A DNA stretch of 64,000 nt from Candidatus Sumerlaeia bacterium (GCA_033764015.1 JANRJK010000055.1:32001-96000); one strand, 5' to 3'. Counted from the stretch's first letter, positions 41,442-51,568 are shown. Numbers and translations: made by a program. Notes: a model not told the origin generated them from the sequence alone.

Positions 41442-41712
41442 CGGGCGCCCGGGAACGGTGTGCGCAATGGGATAGGACCGGGGGGGGCTCGCGGAAATCC
41501 ACAGGATTTCGCTTGCGACTGAAGAGCCCCGACCGCAGAGGTTTTCCCGACGATACCCAGTCGAATTCTCAACGAATCGACCCCTCGACCCGGAGCGGAA
41601 CCATGCGTCCCGAGGCGCCCATGCCGAAGGCACCGTCCGGAGACCACCGCCCAGCCGGGAATGCAGTGTCCAAGCTTGCCGACGAAACCCGGGTCAGGAG
41701 AAAGCCCCGTTC

Positions 41713-42849
41713 ATGTTCGGAAAGAAATCGGTAGTCGGTCTCGACATCGGTTCCAGCAAGGTGAAGGCGATCCAGCTTCGCCGTGCCGGAAACCGGTTGG
41801 AGGTCGAGCGCTTCGGTGTGGCCGATGTGTTCTCGCCGGACCGCCCCCAGGGGGCGTCCGTCTCGGACCTCAAGCTCACCGCGGCCCGCGAGGCGGTCGC
41901 CTCCGGACGCCTCGACGCCAAATACTCGGTGTCCGCCGTCGCCGGCGAATCGATCATCGTGCGCTACATCCAGATGATCGAAATGCCCGAGGCGGAGCTT
42001 AAGAACGCGCTCCGCTGGGAAGCGGAGGAGTACCTCCCCTTCGCCATCGACGAAGTGAACATCGACTCGGTGGTGCTGGGCCCCAGCGCCTCGCCGGGGA
42101 AGGTGGACGTGCTGCTGGTCTGCGCCCGCAAGGACATGATCACCGAGCACTACAACATCATCCGCAGCGTCGGCCTCACGCCGCTCGTGGTGGACGTGGA
42201 GGGCTTCGCCTTCCTCAACTGCTTCGAGGCGATCTACAAGCCGGGCCCGCAGGACTGCGTGGCCCTGGTCAACATCGGCGCCGAGACGACCAACATCAAC
42301 ATCTATGTCGGCGGCACGTCGCGCTTCTCGCGCGACATCCCGATCGCCGGCAATGCGATCACGAGCGCGGTCATGAACAAGGCCTCGGTGGACTTCGCCA
42401 AGGCCGAGGAAGTGAAGCGCATCGTCGGCGCACCCTCCAGCGAGGCGAAGGCCGACGACGGCGAGGGCGAAAGCTCCCTCATCAGCACCATCCGCGGCTC
42501 CGTGGAACGCATCACCGGCAGCGACCTCGGAGACAACTCCGTCGAGGCGAACGCCGAGAAGGCGATCGCGCAGACGCTCGAGCAGTTCGTCGGCGAACTC
42601 CGCCGCTCCGTGCAGTTCTTCGAGAACCAGCCCGGCGGCAAGACGGTCTCGCGCGTGTTCGTCGGCGGCGGCTCCGCCAAGATGAAGAACCTCACCGACT
42701 ACGTCGCCTCGGGGCTCGACATCCCCGTCGAGATCATGGACCCGCTCCGGGGCCTGTCGGTGGGAAGCGGCGTGAACCGAGACCTGATCGAGGCGCACCG
42801 GGAGCAGCTCGCCGTCTGCGTCGGCCTCGCCCTGAGGAACCTGGACTAA
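41713..42849 (+). CDS. pilM: Type IV pilus assembly protein PilM
   Basis: VGLDIGSS, WEAEEYLPF, NIGAETT, GGSAK, VGLALR. Confidence 0.95.
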   Translation: MFGKKSVVGLDIGSSKVKAIQLRRAGNRLEVERFGVADVFSPDRPQGASVSDLKLTAAREAVASGRLDAKYSVSAVAGESIIVRYIQMIEMPEAELKNALRWEAEEYLPFAIDEVNIDSVVLGPSASPGKVDVLLVCARKDMITEHYNIIRSVGLTPLVVDVEGFAFLNCFEAIYKPGPQDCVALVNIGAETTNINIYVGGTSRFSRDIPIAGNAITSAVMNKASVDFAKAEEVKRIVGAPSSEAKADDGEGESSLISTIRGSVERITGSDLGDNSVEANAEKAIAQTLEQFVGELRRSVQFFENQPGGKTVSRVFVGGGSAKMKNLTDYVASGLDIPVEIMDPLRGLSVGSGVNRDLIEAHREQLAVCVGLALRNLD

Positions 42850-42856
42850 CCCCGCC

Positions 42857-43657
42857 ATGATCAAAATCAACCTACTCCCACAGGAACTCAGCGGCAAATC
42901 CGCCGCCAAGAGCTCCACCTCCGAAGGCGGCGCCCTCGTCGTCCTCGTCGGCATCGTCATGTTCCTCGTCGCCGGCGGCTCGCTCTTCTGGACCGTCTCG
43001 ACCGTCTCCGCCTCCCGCGAACGGAAGTTCGAGGCCGAAGAGGCCGCCAAGAAGGTCGAAGAGGAGCTGAAGACGACCAAGGCCCAGTGGTCCGAGATCG
43101 AGGAGGGGATGAACGTGATGCAGAACCAGCTCGCGGTCATCCAGGCCCTCGACCCGCCCGACCGCCTGCTCTGGACCAAGAAGCTCAACATGCTCCCGAT
43201 GCTCGTGCCGGAGAACGTCTTCCTCACGAAGATCGAGGTGAAGCAGGACGTCCGCGAAGTGGAAACCCCCGAGTCGCTCCAAGGCTACGACGCCTGGGTC
43301 GCCGCGGGCAGCAAGGGCGCCCCGCCGGTCCGCGTGCGCCGCCCCAGCATCTCGCAGTCGGTCGCCCTCACGGGCCTCGCCTACTCCCCGGAGAACCGCT
43401 CGGAGGACCGCCTCGCGCTCGTGACGGAGTTCCTCTCGAACCTCGAATCGAAGGCCGTCGTCGTCCCCTACAGCGGCGAGGAGGAGTACTTCATCACCGG
43501 ATTCCTGCGCCGCATCGACTTCTCGCCGATCGAACTCGAACGCATCGGCGACCGGGAAGTGTCCAAGTTCACGTTCACGCTCAACACCAAGTCCACCGAG
43601 ATCAACCCCCAGGCGCTGTCGCTCGAAGAGCTCGCAGCCGCCCAGGGCGTGAACTGA
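42857..43657 (+). CDS. pilN: PilN-like inner-membrane protein
   Basis: MIKINLLP motif, single TM, coiled coil; follows pilM. Confidence 0.88.
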   Translation: MIKINLLPQELSGKSAAKSSTSEGGALVVLVGIVMFLVAGGSLFWTVSTVSASRERKFEAEEAAKKVEEELKTTKAQWSEIEEGMNVMQNQLAVIQALDPPDRLLWTKKLNMLPMLVPENVFLTKIEVKQDVREVETPESLQGYDAWVAAGSKGAPPVRVRRPSISQSVALTGLAYSPENRSEDRLALVTEFLSNLESKAVVVPYSGEEEYFITGFLRRIDFSPIELERIGDREVSKFTFTLNTKSTEINPQALSLEELAAAQGVN

Positions 43658-43676
43658 CCGGGGAGGAAGACGAACC

Positions 43677-44255
43677 ATGGCTCTTTCCGAAAAGAACCGG
43701 CAGACACTCCTCGCGATCGTGATCGGCGGGCTGGTCCTCATCGCCGGCTCGGCCTATTACTACTTCATGTTCGCCGCCGCCGAGATCGAAAGTAACAAGA
43801 AGGTGACGGCGGAGGCCGAGCAGAAGGCGCGCGACGCGCGCCGCGAGCTCGCCAACCTGCAGGCGCTCATCGCCAACGACGACCAGCGCGAACTGATGAA
43901 GCGCCTCGTCGACCGCGTGAAGACCAAGCTCCCCTCCGACCCCGAGTCGACGGAGTTCTTCCGCTTCGTCGAGGAGACCCTGCGCAGGACCGGCGTCAGC
44001 ATGAGCCGCCTCGCCCCCGAGGACCCGGTCGCCCGCGAACTGTTCATCGAGGTGCCCTTCTCGATGCGCGGCGGCGCCCGCTACCACGAGTTCGGCCAAC
44101 TCCTGAACGTGGTCGAGTGCAGCCCGGAGCGCCTCATGCGCGTCGCCGAGTTCAAGATCGACAACGACCCGGCCCGCCCCTCGGTGCACCCCATCGAAGT
44201 CATGATCACCACCTTCACCTTCAACGAAGCCGGCGCCAAGCGAGCAGCCCGATGA
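43677..44255 (+). CDS. pilO: PilO-like protein
   Basis: TM, coiled coil, KLP, EVPFSM.GG.RYHEFG, RLM. Confidence 0.88.
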   Translation: MALSEKNRQTLLAIVIGGLVLIAGSAYYYFMFAAAEIESNKKVTAEAEQKARDARRELANLQALIANDDQRELMKRLVDRVKTKLPSDPESTEFFRFVEETLRRTGVSMSRLAPEDPVARELFIEVPFSMRGGARYHEFGQLLNVVECSPERLMRVAEFKIDNDPARPSVHPIEVMITTFTFNEAGAKRAAR

Positions 44256-44281
44256 GACCCCTGGAAAGGAACGCCGCCACC

Positions 44282-45103
44282 ATGAAGCAGCATGGACTCC
44301 GCGCGACGGCACCGCTGGCGGGACTCTTCGCGCTAGCCCTCGCCGCCGCCGTCCCAGCCCAAGAATCCGAGTGGGAACTCGAACAGCGCACCATGCGCGA
44401 GGCCGCAGCGCAGGAACAGCGGCAGCCCGCCGCTGGCGCCTCCGCCGCCCCCGCCACGGAGGCCTCCGTCGAGGAACTCCAGCGCCTCCTCAACCTCCCC
44501 CGCGGCGCCCGCCTCGGGTCGGAACTCGACGAGGATCCCTCCAACCCCCGCGACATCTTCCAGGACGCCGCCATGCGCCAGCGCGCGCTCGGCGAACGGC
44601 CCCGGTTCATCTACTTCCCGGAAGGCCCGGACCCCATGATCATCCCGTGGGTCCGCGCGCAGATCATCGCGCAGGAACTGCTCGACCGCGCCCGCGCGCT
44701 CGAACAGCTCGGCGACCTGCCCGCCGCCGAGGCCACCCTGGTCGAAATCGTCGACAAGTACCCGACGACCCCGAGCGCCACCCCGGCCCGCACATCCCTC
44801 GCGGCGGTCCGCGCAAAGATCGCCGCAGGCGCCAACGCCGGCACCGAAACGGCCGAGACGGGCCCGAGCATCGAACCTCCCCCCGAGACCCAAGTGGTCC
44901 TTCCGGACGAGGTCCGCAACAACTCGTTCGCCGTCTATTTCCGCGGCGAGCGCAACCAAGTGCTCGTGTTCGACGACATCCTCGTCGAAGGGGACCGGGT
45001 GCCGCGCTTCGCCGGCGTCATCGTGAAGCGCATCGAGCCCGGCAAGATCGTCTACGAGTACCAAGGCGAAGAGTTCGAGGTGGAAGTGGATGGTTCGCTC
45101 TGA
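44282..45103 (+). CDS. Secreted protein in the PilP position with a TPR-like repeat and C-terminal beta domain
   Basis: Signal peptide, DPM motif, TPR-like helix pair ending KYPTTP, C-terminal ILVEGD...IVKRIEPGKIVYEY; start is 44252 or 44282. Confidence 0.65.
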   Translation: MKQHGLRATAPLAGLFALALAAAVPAQESEWELEQRTMREAAAQEQRQPAAGASAAPATEASVEELQRLLNLPRGARLGSELDEDPSNPRDIFQDAAMRQRALGERPRFIYFPEGPDPMIIPWVRAQIIAQELLDRARALEQLGDLPAAEATLVEIVDKYPTTPSATPARTSLAAVRAKIAAGANAGTETAETGPSIEPPPETQVVLPDEVRNNSFAVYFRGERNQVLVFDDILVEGDRVPRFAGVIVKRIEPGKIVYEYQGEEFEVEVDGSL

Positions 45104-45104
45104 C

Positions 45105-47135
45105 ATGAAAAAGACCGACAACACGCCCAGGAGCCTGACGCTCATGCAACGCAACACCCTCCGCCGCACCGCGACACTCGCCGGAGCCGCCATCCTCGCG
45201 GCCGCCGCGCTCCACGCCGCCCCGGTGATCGACGGTGTGCAGTTCTCCCGCGACGACTCGGGCGAACGCCTCTTCGTCCGCTGGAGCGAAGCCACGCAGG
45301 TGCAGGTGGACCGGTTCCCCGCCGCGAACCAGGTGGTGCTGACGTTCCGCGGGGCGGGGCTTTCGCCCGCTGCCCGCGCCGCCCTCGAGATCCCCTCCGC
45401 GAGCGGCGTCGCGGACGCCCGCCTCTCCGAGGTGGTCCTCTCCGACGGCGCCAGCGCCACGCAGCTCACGCTGACGCTCAAGGAGGGAGCCGGCGACCTC
45501 GACACCGTCGCCAGCGCCCGCGCGCTCACGCTCCTGCTCCCGGGCCACGCCGCCGCCGCGCCGAAGGCGCAGGGCGACGGCATCGTGCTCACCAACCGCG
45601 AGCTGGTCGAGATGTTCGGCGCGGAAGCGGTCGGCTCCGCCGACGCCCCGTCGACCGGCGCCGGCCAGGACGGCTCCGCCGCCCCCGCCTTCTTCGTGCC
45701 CCCGCCGGCGGCCCCCGCTCCCACGTCCATCGACGTCTCCGGCGACGACCAGAGCCTCCTGGCCAACGATCCGCGCTTCCGCGAAGTGATCCGCAACCTC
45801 GACGTCAAGGACGCCGAGCTCCTCTTCGTCCTCCGCGGCTTCGCCCGCCAGACGCAGATGAACATCATCGCCAACCCCAGCGTCGTCGGCGGCCGCGTCA
45901 GCGTCTCGCTCCAAAACGTCACGGTCGGCGACGCCTTCGACGCGCTGCTGAAGGCCAACGACCTCGCGTTCAAGGTCGAGCGCGGCGGCATCATCCGCAT
46001 CGTCCGCCGCGACGAGGTCCGCACCACCGAGAAGGAAACCGTCACGCAGGCGGTCCCCATCAACTGGATCTCCGCAGACGAGGTGGCCAAGGCGCTCAAA
46101 CCGTTCATGACCGAAGAGGCCGGCGGGATCTCCGTCGCGCAGATCGCCAACACGGTCATCATCCGCGAAGTCCCGGAGAACATGACCCGCCTCCAGGAGC
46201 TGATCCGCCGCATCGACGCGCCGGAGAAGCAGGTGAAGATGGAACTCCGCCTCGTGGACCTCACCGAGTCCGCCTCGCGGAACCTCGGCTTCCGCACCGA
46301 CTTCGTCTCGTCCGAGGGCCAGGACCTGATTCCCCTCGGTAGCGGCGGCTCCTCGCCCACCGAGGATCCGGACGTGTTCTTCTTCCCGCGCAGCACCGGC
46401 GGCGCCGGCGGCGTTCCCGTGGACAGCAGCCTCGACCTGACGGGCCGCAGCCAGTGGGACATCCTCGGCAACAACTACCAGTTCGAGTGGAACCTCCGCG
46501 CGGAAGAGCAGCGCGGCGAAGCGACGGTGCTCGCGCACCCGGTCGTCGTCTCGCTCAACAACGTCGAAGCCAGCATCGAAATCATCCGCAAGGAACCGTA
46601 CGAGAGCGCGACGACCACCGACGCCGGCGTCGTCGTGACGATCGAGGAGAAGGACACCGGTATCCGCGTCCGCGTCCTTCCCCGCATCACCAACAACGGC
46701 TACGTGCAGATGAACATCGCCCCGGAGCAGCTCATCTTCCGCGAACTGCGCCCGACGCGCCTCGGCAACTACCCGCTCATCGACGAGCGCCGCGTGAACA
46801 CCTCCGTCATCGTCAAGGACGAGGAGACGGTGGCGCTCGGCGGCCTCCGCCAGCTCGAGTTCCGCTCCTCAGAGCGCGGAGCCCCCTGGCTGATGCGCCT
46901 CCCGGTCTTCGGATGGCTCTTCAAGAACACCACCGACGAAATGGACAAGACGGAGCTGGTGCTCTTCGCGACCCCGCGCATCATCAAGAAGACCGCGCTC
47001 GACGCGTACGAGACCTCGCTCTACGACAAGATCGACTACAACTGGGACCTCCCCGACTACTACTTCGACCAGGTGCGCCCGCGCACCACGGAGAACGAGA
47101 AGGCCGGCCCGGTGGACTACAAGAAGTTCGAATGA
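45105..47135 (+). CDS. pilQ: Secretin (PilQ/GspD family)
   Basis: LDVKDA, NII, VSVSLQNV, IDAPEKQV, TGIRVRVLPRI, LGGL, P.FGWLFK, ELVLFATPRI; start uncertain (45090, 45105 or 45144). Confidence 0.9.
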   Translation: MKKTDNTPRSLTLMQRNTLRRTATLAGAAILAAAALHAAPVIDGVQFSRDDSGERLFVRWSEATQVQVDRFPAANQVVLTFRGAGLSPAARAALEIPSASGVADARLSEVVLSDGASATQLTLTLKEGAGDLDTVASARALTLLLPGHAAAAPKAQGDGIVLTNRELVEMFGAEAVGSADAPSTGAGQDGSAAPAFFVPPPAAPAPTSIDVSGDDQSLLANDPRFREVIRNLDVKDAELLFVLRGFARQTQMNIIANPSVVGGRVSVSLQNVTVGDAFDALLKANDLAFKVERGGIIRIVRRDEVRTTEKETVTQAVPINWISADEVAKALKPFMTEEAGGISVAQIANTVIIREVPENMTRLQELIRRIDAPEKQVKMELRLVDLTESASRNLGFRTDFVSSEGQDLIPLGSGGSSPTEDPDVFFFPRSTGGAGGVPVDSSLDLTGRSQWDILGNNYQFEWNLRAEEQRGEATVLAHPVVVSLNNVEASIEIIRKEPYESATTTDAGVVVTIEEKDTGIRVRVLPRITNNGYVQMNIAPEQLIFRELRPTRLGNYPLIDERRVNTSVIVKDEETVALGGLRQLEFRSSERGAPWLMRLPVFGWLFKNTTDEMDKTELVLFATPRIIKKTALDAYETSLYDKIDYNWDLPDYYFDQVRPRTTENEKAGPVDYKKFE

Positions 47136-47153
47136 CCCCGCGACGCGCGGTCT

Positions 47154-47190
47154 GAAGGGGGCGGGGCGCCGAGAGCGCTCCGCCCCTTTT
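47154..47190 (+). terminator. Intrinsic terminator after the pil operon
   Basis: GGGGCGGGGCGC / GCGCTCCGCCCC stem followed by TTTT. Confidence 0.75.
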
Positions 47191-47223
47191 CCGTGCCCCA
47201 CCACCATTTCCACGAAGGGTACA

Positions 47224-48966
47224 ATGTCCCTCCTGGCGTTCGTCCCCGAGCCCTTCCGGCCCAAGCTCCTCGACGCCATCCCCACGTACGACCGCCGCAT
47301 GCTCATGGCGGACCTCATGGCCGGCACCACCGTCGGCGTGGTCGCCCTCCCGTTGGCCATGGCCTTCGCGATCGCGAGCGGCCTTCCCCCCGAGCGCGGC
47401 CTGTTCACCGCCATTGTCGCCGGCTTCCTCATTTCCGCGCTTGGCGGCACGCGGGTCCAGATCGGCGGCCCCACGGTGTCCTTCGTCGTCATCGTCTCCG
47501 GGATCGGCGCCACCTACGGCTACCCGGGCATCGTCTATTGCACGCTGCTTTCCGGCGCGCTGCTGATCGTCATGGGGCTCGCCAAGCTCGGCGCGCTGAT
47601 CCGCTTCATCCCCTTCCCCGTCACCACCGGCTTCACCACAGGAATCGCGGTGGTGATCTTCACCACGCAGGTGAAGGACCTGTTCGGCCTGCGCATCGAG
47701 ACCATGCCGGAGGGATTCATCGAGAAGTGGCAGGCGTTCATCCTGGCGGCGCCGACGATGCAGCCAGCGGAGGCGGCCGTCGGCCTAGGCACCGTCGCGC
47801 TCGTGTTCGTCGTCCGCTCATTGTTCCCGAAGGTGCCCGCGATGCTTGTCGGCATGGTCGCCGCCACCGCCGCCGTGACGGCCCTGGGGCTCCCGGTGGA
47901 AACCATCGGCACGCGGTTCGGCGGCTTGCCGGGGACACTCCCGATGCCCTCGCTCCCCGAATTCGATCCGAACATGCTTCGCCAACTGATCTCCCCGGCA
48001 TTCACCATCGCCCTCCTCGCGGCGATCGAGTCGCTCCTCAGCGCGCAGGTGGCGGATGGCATGACCGGCGACCGTAACCGGCCGAACGCGGAATTGGTCG
48101 GGCAGGGCGTGGCGAACATGGCGAGCGTGGTCTTCGGCGGAATCCCCGCCGCGAGCGCGCTGGCCCGCACCGCCACCAACATCCGCAGCGGCGCCAAGAC
48201 CCCCGTCGCCGGGATGATCCACTCGCTGGTGCTGCTGCTCCTCCTGCTGCTCGCGGCGCCGCTCGCGAAGCTGATCCCGCTCGCGTGCCTCGCGGGGATC
48301 CTCGTTGGCGTCGCCTGGAACATGAGCGAGCTGCCGCACTTCCTTGGCCTGCTCCGCTCGCCGCGCTCCGACGTCGCGGTGCTGCTCACCACCTTCCTGC
48401 TCACGGTGCTTGTGGACCTGTCGGTGGCGGTGGAGGTGGGCGTGGTGCTGGCCTCGCTGCTCTTCATCAAGCGAATGGCGGAGGTGACCAACATCGGCCT
48501 CATCACCAAGTCGATCGCCGACGATCCGGACGAGCGCGACCCGAACTCGATCACCATCCGCGAGGTGCCGCCCGGCGTGGAGGTGTTCGAGATCTCCGGC
48601 CCGTTCTTCTTCGGCGCCGCGGAGCAGTTCAAGGAGACGCTGGAGGACCTGCACGTGAAGCCCAAGGCGCTTATCATCCGCATGCGCAAGGTCTCCGCCA
48701 TCGACGCGACCGGCATGCACGTGCTCCAGGAGCTGAACCGCCGCTGCGGGCGCGAGGGCACGCGCCTGGTGCTCTCCGGCGTCCACATGCAGCCGCTCAA
48801 CGCGATGGTGCAGTCGGGCCTCTACGACGAGATCGGCGAGGAAAACGTGCACGGGCACATCGACGACGCGCTGGACCGCGCGCGGGCGGTGGTCGGCCTT
48901 CCCCCGGCGAAGCGCGTCGCGCCCTTCGTCCCCACGGTCTCGCGCGAGGAGAACCGGAAAATCTAG
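47224..48966 (+). CDS. SulP/SLC26 anion transporter with STAS domain
   Basis: VALPLAMAFAIASG, QIGGPT, IESLLSA, GPFFFGAA, IDATG. Confidence 0.96.
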   Translation: MSLLAFVPEPFRPKLLDAIPTYDRRMLMADLMAGTTVGVVALPLAMAFAIASGLPPERGLFTAIVAGFLISALGGTRVQIGGPTVSFVVIVSGIGATYGYPGIVYCTLLSGALLIVMGLAKLGALIRFIPFPVTTGFTTGIAVVIFTTQVKDLFGLRIETMPEGFIEKWQAFILAAPTMQPAEAAVGLGTVALVFVVRSLFPKVPAMLVGMVAATAAVTALGLPVETIGTRFGGLPGTLPMPSLPEFDPNMLRQLISPAFTIALLAAIESLLSAQVADGMTGDRNRPNAELVGQGVANMASVVFGGIPAASALARTATNIRSGAKTPVAGMIHSLVLLLLLLLAAPLAKLIPLACLAGILVGVAWNMSELPHFLGLLRSPRSDVAVLLTTFLLTVLVDLSVAVEVGVVLASLLFIKRMAEVTNIGLITKSIADDPDERDPNSITIREVPPGVEVFEISGPFFFGAAEQFKETLEDLHVKPKALIIRMRKVSAIDATGMHVLQELNRRCGREGTRLVLSGVHMQPLNAMVQSGLYDEIGEENVHGHIDDALDRARAVVGLPPAKRVAPFVPTVSREENRKI

Positions 48967-49111
48967 CCGCGCCGAATCGATGTTGACAGTGTTCCCGGCG
49001 CGCGGGGCGCATGGGCGCGTAGGCGGTCATTCTCGCGAATTCTCCCGTTCCCGTTCCCGCACAGGGCCTCGCGACCCGGACCCGCCCCAGCTCCCGAGGA
49101 GGCATCCGCCC

Positions 49112-50719
49112 ATGCCGGATTTCGTTCTCGACGGCGCCCCGAGCGGCGCCGTCAACATCAAGGTGATCGGTGTCGGAGGCGGCGGCTGCAACGCCGTCGA
49201 CTCTGTGTTCACCCGCGGCCTTTCCAGCGTCGAGTTCTACGTCCTGAACTCCGACATCCAGGCCCTCAAGCGCACCAAGTGCCCCAACCGCATCCAGATC
49301 GGCAGCGAGCGCACGCACGGCCGCGGCTGCGGCGCCGACCCCAAGCTCGGCGAGCAGTGCCTCCTCGACGCGAAGGAACTCATCGTCGAAACGCTCCAGA
49401 GCACCGAGCTGGTCTTCGTGACCTCGGGCATGGGCGGCGGCACCGGCACCGGCGCGGCGCCCGCCCTCGCGCAGATCGCCCGTGAAATGGGCATCCTCAC
49501 CGTCGGCGTCGTCACCACCCCCTTCAAGTTCGAAGGCCCCCGCCGCGCCAAGAGCGCCCTCGAGGGCATCGAGAAGATGCGCGAGCACTGCGACACGCTC
49601 ATCATCGTCAACAACAACCGCCTCCTCGACACGGTCGGCCCCCGCGTGCCGCTCCGCGAGGCCTTCCAGGTGGCCGACACGGTGCTCGCCGACGCGGTGC
49701 AGGCGATCAGCGACCTGATCGCCACGCCGTGCCTGATCAACCTCGATTTCAACGACGTCCGCACCATCATGGGCGGCCGCGGCGGCGCCGTCATGGGCAT
49801 CGGCGTCGGCAAGGGCGAGAACCGCGCGCAGGAGGCCGTCAAGAAGGCCACCAGCAGCCCGCTCCTCGACAAGCTCGTGATCGACGGCGCCAGCGGCATC
49901 CTCGTCTGCATCACCGGCGGCGCCGACATGACGCTCAAGGAGGTCGACGAGGCGGTCACGCTCGTCACCGAGATGGCCGACCCGGACGTGGACATCATCT
50001 TCGGCGCCGGAGAGGACGAGTCCCTCACGGACCAGATGCGCGTCACGCTCATCGCGACGGGTTTCAAGGAAGAGATGCAGGCGCGCCGCGACGCCGAGGT
50101 GAACCGCAAGAACCAGCTCCGCCGCGACCGCGGCTTCGCCGAGCCGCAGCGGCAGGCGCCCCGCGCGTCGATCCAGCTTCCCCCGCTGGACGACGAGATC
50201 GAGGAGCCCGTCTCCGCGCCGCCGCCCTCCGCCGCCGCCCGCCAGCAGCAGGCGCCCGCCGCGCCCGAGCGCGCGCAGGCTCCCCAGCAGCAGCAGCCCA
50301 CCATGCGCCCCGCCGCGCCCGCGGCGAACGGCAACGGGGGCAACGGCCCCGGATCGCGCCCCGGCACGCTCCGCAGCACGCTCGAATCGATGATGCGCGA
50401 GCAGGCTCCCGCCGCCCCGGCCGCCCCCGCGCGCGCCGAAGCGCCCGCCGAGCCGTCCATCCGCGTCGCCCCGAGCGGACCCTCGCGCCAGCCCGTCCCG
50501 TCGCAGGCGACCGCCTACAACGTCCGCACCGCGCCGCCGCGCCAGTCCCCCGCGCCGGCCGCCGCCGCCGTCCGCTCGGCCTCGCGCCCCGCGGCCGACT
50601 CCGATACGATCAACATTCCGCTCTTCGACCCCGCCAACGACGAGAAGGCGGAAGAGGAAAAGGGCGGCGTGAACTTCGACATCCCGAGCTTCATGCGCAA
50701 GCGCGGCCTCTTCGAGTAA
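49112..50719 (+). CDS. ftsZ: Cell division protein FtsZ with a long linker
   Basis: IGVGGGGCNAV, GMGGGTGTG, PFKFEG, INLDFND, C-terminal FDIPSFMRK. Confidence 0.97.
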   Translation: MPDFVLDGAPSGAVNIKVIGVGGGGCNAVDSVFTRGLSSVEFYVLNSDIQALKRTKCPNRIQIGSERTHGRGCGADPKLGEQCLLDAKELIVETLQSTELVFVTSGMGGGTGTGAAPALAQIAREMGILTVGVVTTPFKFEGPRRAKSALEGIEKMREHCDTLIIVNNNRLLDTVGPRVPLREAFQVADTVLADAVQAISDLIATPCLINLDFNDVRTIMGGRGGAVMGIGVGKGENRAQEAVKKATSSPLLDKLVIDGASGILVCITGGADMTLKEVDEAVTLVTEMADPDVDIIFGAGEDESLTDQMRVTLIATGFKEEMQARRDAEVNRKNQLRRDRGFAEPQRQAPRASIQLPPLDDEIEEPVSAPPPSAAARQQQAPAAPERAQAPQQQQPTMRPAAPAANGNGGNGPGSRPGTLRSTLESMMREQAPAAPAAPARAEAPAEPSIRVAPSGPSRQPVPSQATAYNVRTAPPRQSPAPAAAAVRSASRPAADSDTINIPLFDPANDEKAEEEKGGVNFDIPSFMRKRGLFE

Positions 50720-50745
50720 CCGCTCCGCCGAAGCAGCGTTCCACC

Positions 50746-50787
50746 ACGCCCCCGGAGCCGCGGCCGGCCCGCCTCCGGGGGCGTTTC
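50746..50787. terminator. Hairpin between convergent ftsZ and small ORF
   Basis: ACGCCCCCGGAG / CTCCGGGGGCGT stem followed by a short T run. Confidence 0.65.
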
Positions 50788-50807
50788 CCATTGGCGGAAT
50801 CTGGTGT

Positions 50808-51092
50808 TCATTCTTCCTCGACGTAGTCGATCAGCAGCATATAGTTACCCGACTCCAGTTCCACGGCGTCGACGGAAACGACGTTCGCGCCCTGATTCGA
50901 GAGATCTTCAACTGCTGAGTTCAAAGCGGCGATCGCGGCTTGGGTATTGGCTTCGTCATCGCCCGCCTCAACGACGGGGGTGAGCACCTCCGCGCGCTTG
51001 ATAATGACAGTCCCAATTCCGACTAGCCCAGCGTGCAGGGGCGCGGCGCAGAAAGCGGCGATGGCGAGAAGCAGAGCAAGGGTCTTGATCAT
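50808..51092 (-). CDS. Small secreted hypothetical protein
   Basis: Signal peptide MIKTLALLLAIAAFCAAPLHA, AAGGA upstream, lower GC than its neighbours. Confidence 0.65.
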   Translation of the reverse strand: MIKTLALLLAIAAFCAAPLHAGLVGIGTVIIKRAEVLTPVVEAGDDEANTQAAIAALNSAVEDLSNQGANVVSVDAVELESGNYMLLIDYVEEE

Positions 51093-51251
51093 TGTAATGG
51101 CATCCTTGGGGTTTGAGGGGACCTTTCTCGGCGTCGACTCTTGACCGCAATGGGGAATCCTAATGCCAGCGATTCCCTTTGAGTCCGCGGCCCCCGGCGC
51201 GTGGAATCACACGACGGGGCCCGCGCCCCGGAAACCAACGGCGGTGGCCAA

Positions 51252-51563
51252 ATGATCGACCAGAACTCGGTGCGGAAGCTTCAGAAGGAACTCGAAGGGC
51301 GCATGGAGCGCATCCAGGACGAACTCAAGCAGAAGACCGTCGAGGGCACCGCCGGCGGCGGCGCCGTCACCGTCGTCTGCAACGGCCAGTCCGAAGTCAT
51401 CTCCGTCTCCATCAAGCCCGAGGCGGTCGACCCCGACGACATCGAGATGCTGCAGGACCTGGTGCGCGCCGCGTGCAACCAGGCGGTCGAGCGTTCCAAG
51501 AAGATGCACGAGGACGCGGTCTCCGGCCTCACCGGCGGGCTCCACTTCCCCGGCCTGTTCTAA
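51252..51563 (+). CDS. ybaB: YbaB/EbfC nucleoid-associated protein
   Basis: EGTAGGGAV, VDPDDIEMLQDLV.AA.NQA, PGLF; upstream of recR. Confidence 0.95.
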   Translation: MIDQNSVRKLQKELEGRMERIQDELKQKTVEGTAGGGAVTVVCNGQSEVISVSIKPEAVDPDDIEMLQDLVRAACNQAVERSKKMHEDAVSGLTGGLHFPGLF

Positions 51564-51568
51564 GAGGC

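Noticed and set aside
41520..41712. Known c-di-GMP or c-di-AMP riboswitch before pilM
   Set aside because: Consensus motifs not found; kept only as a weak unknown-leader candidate.
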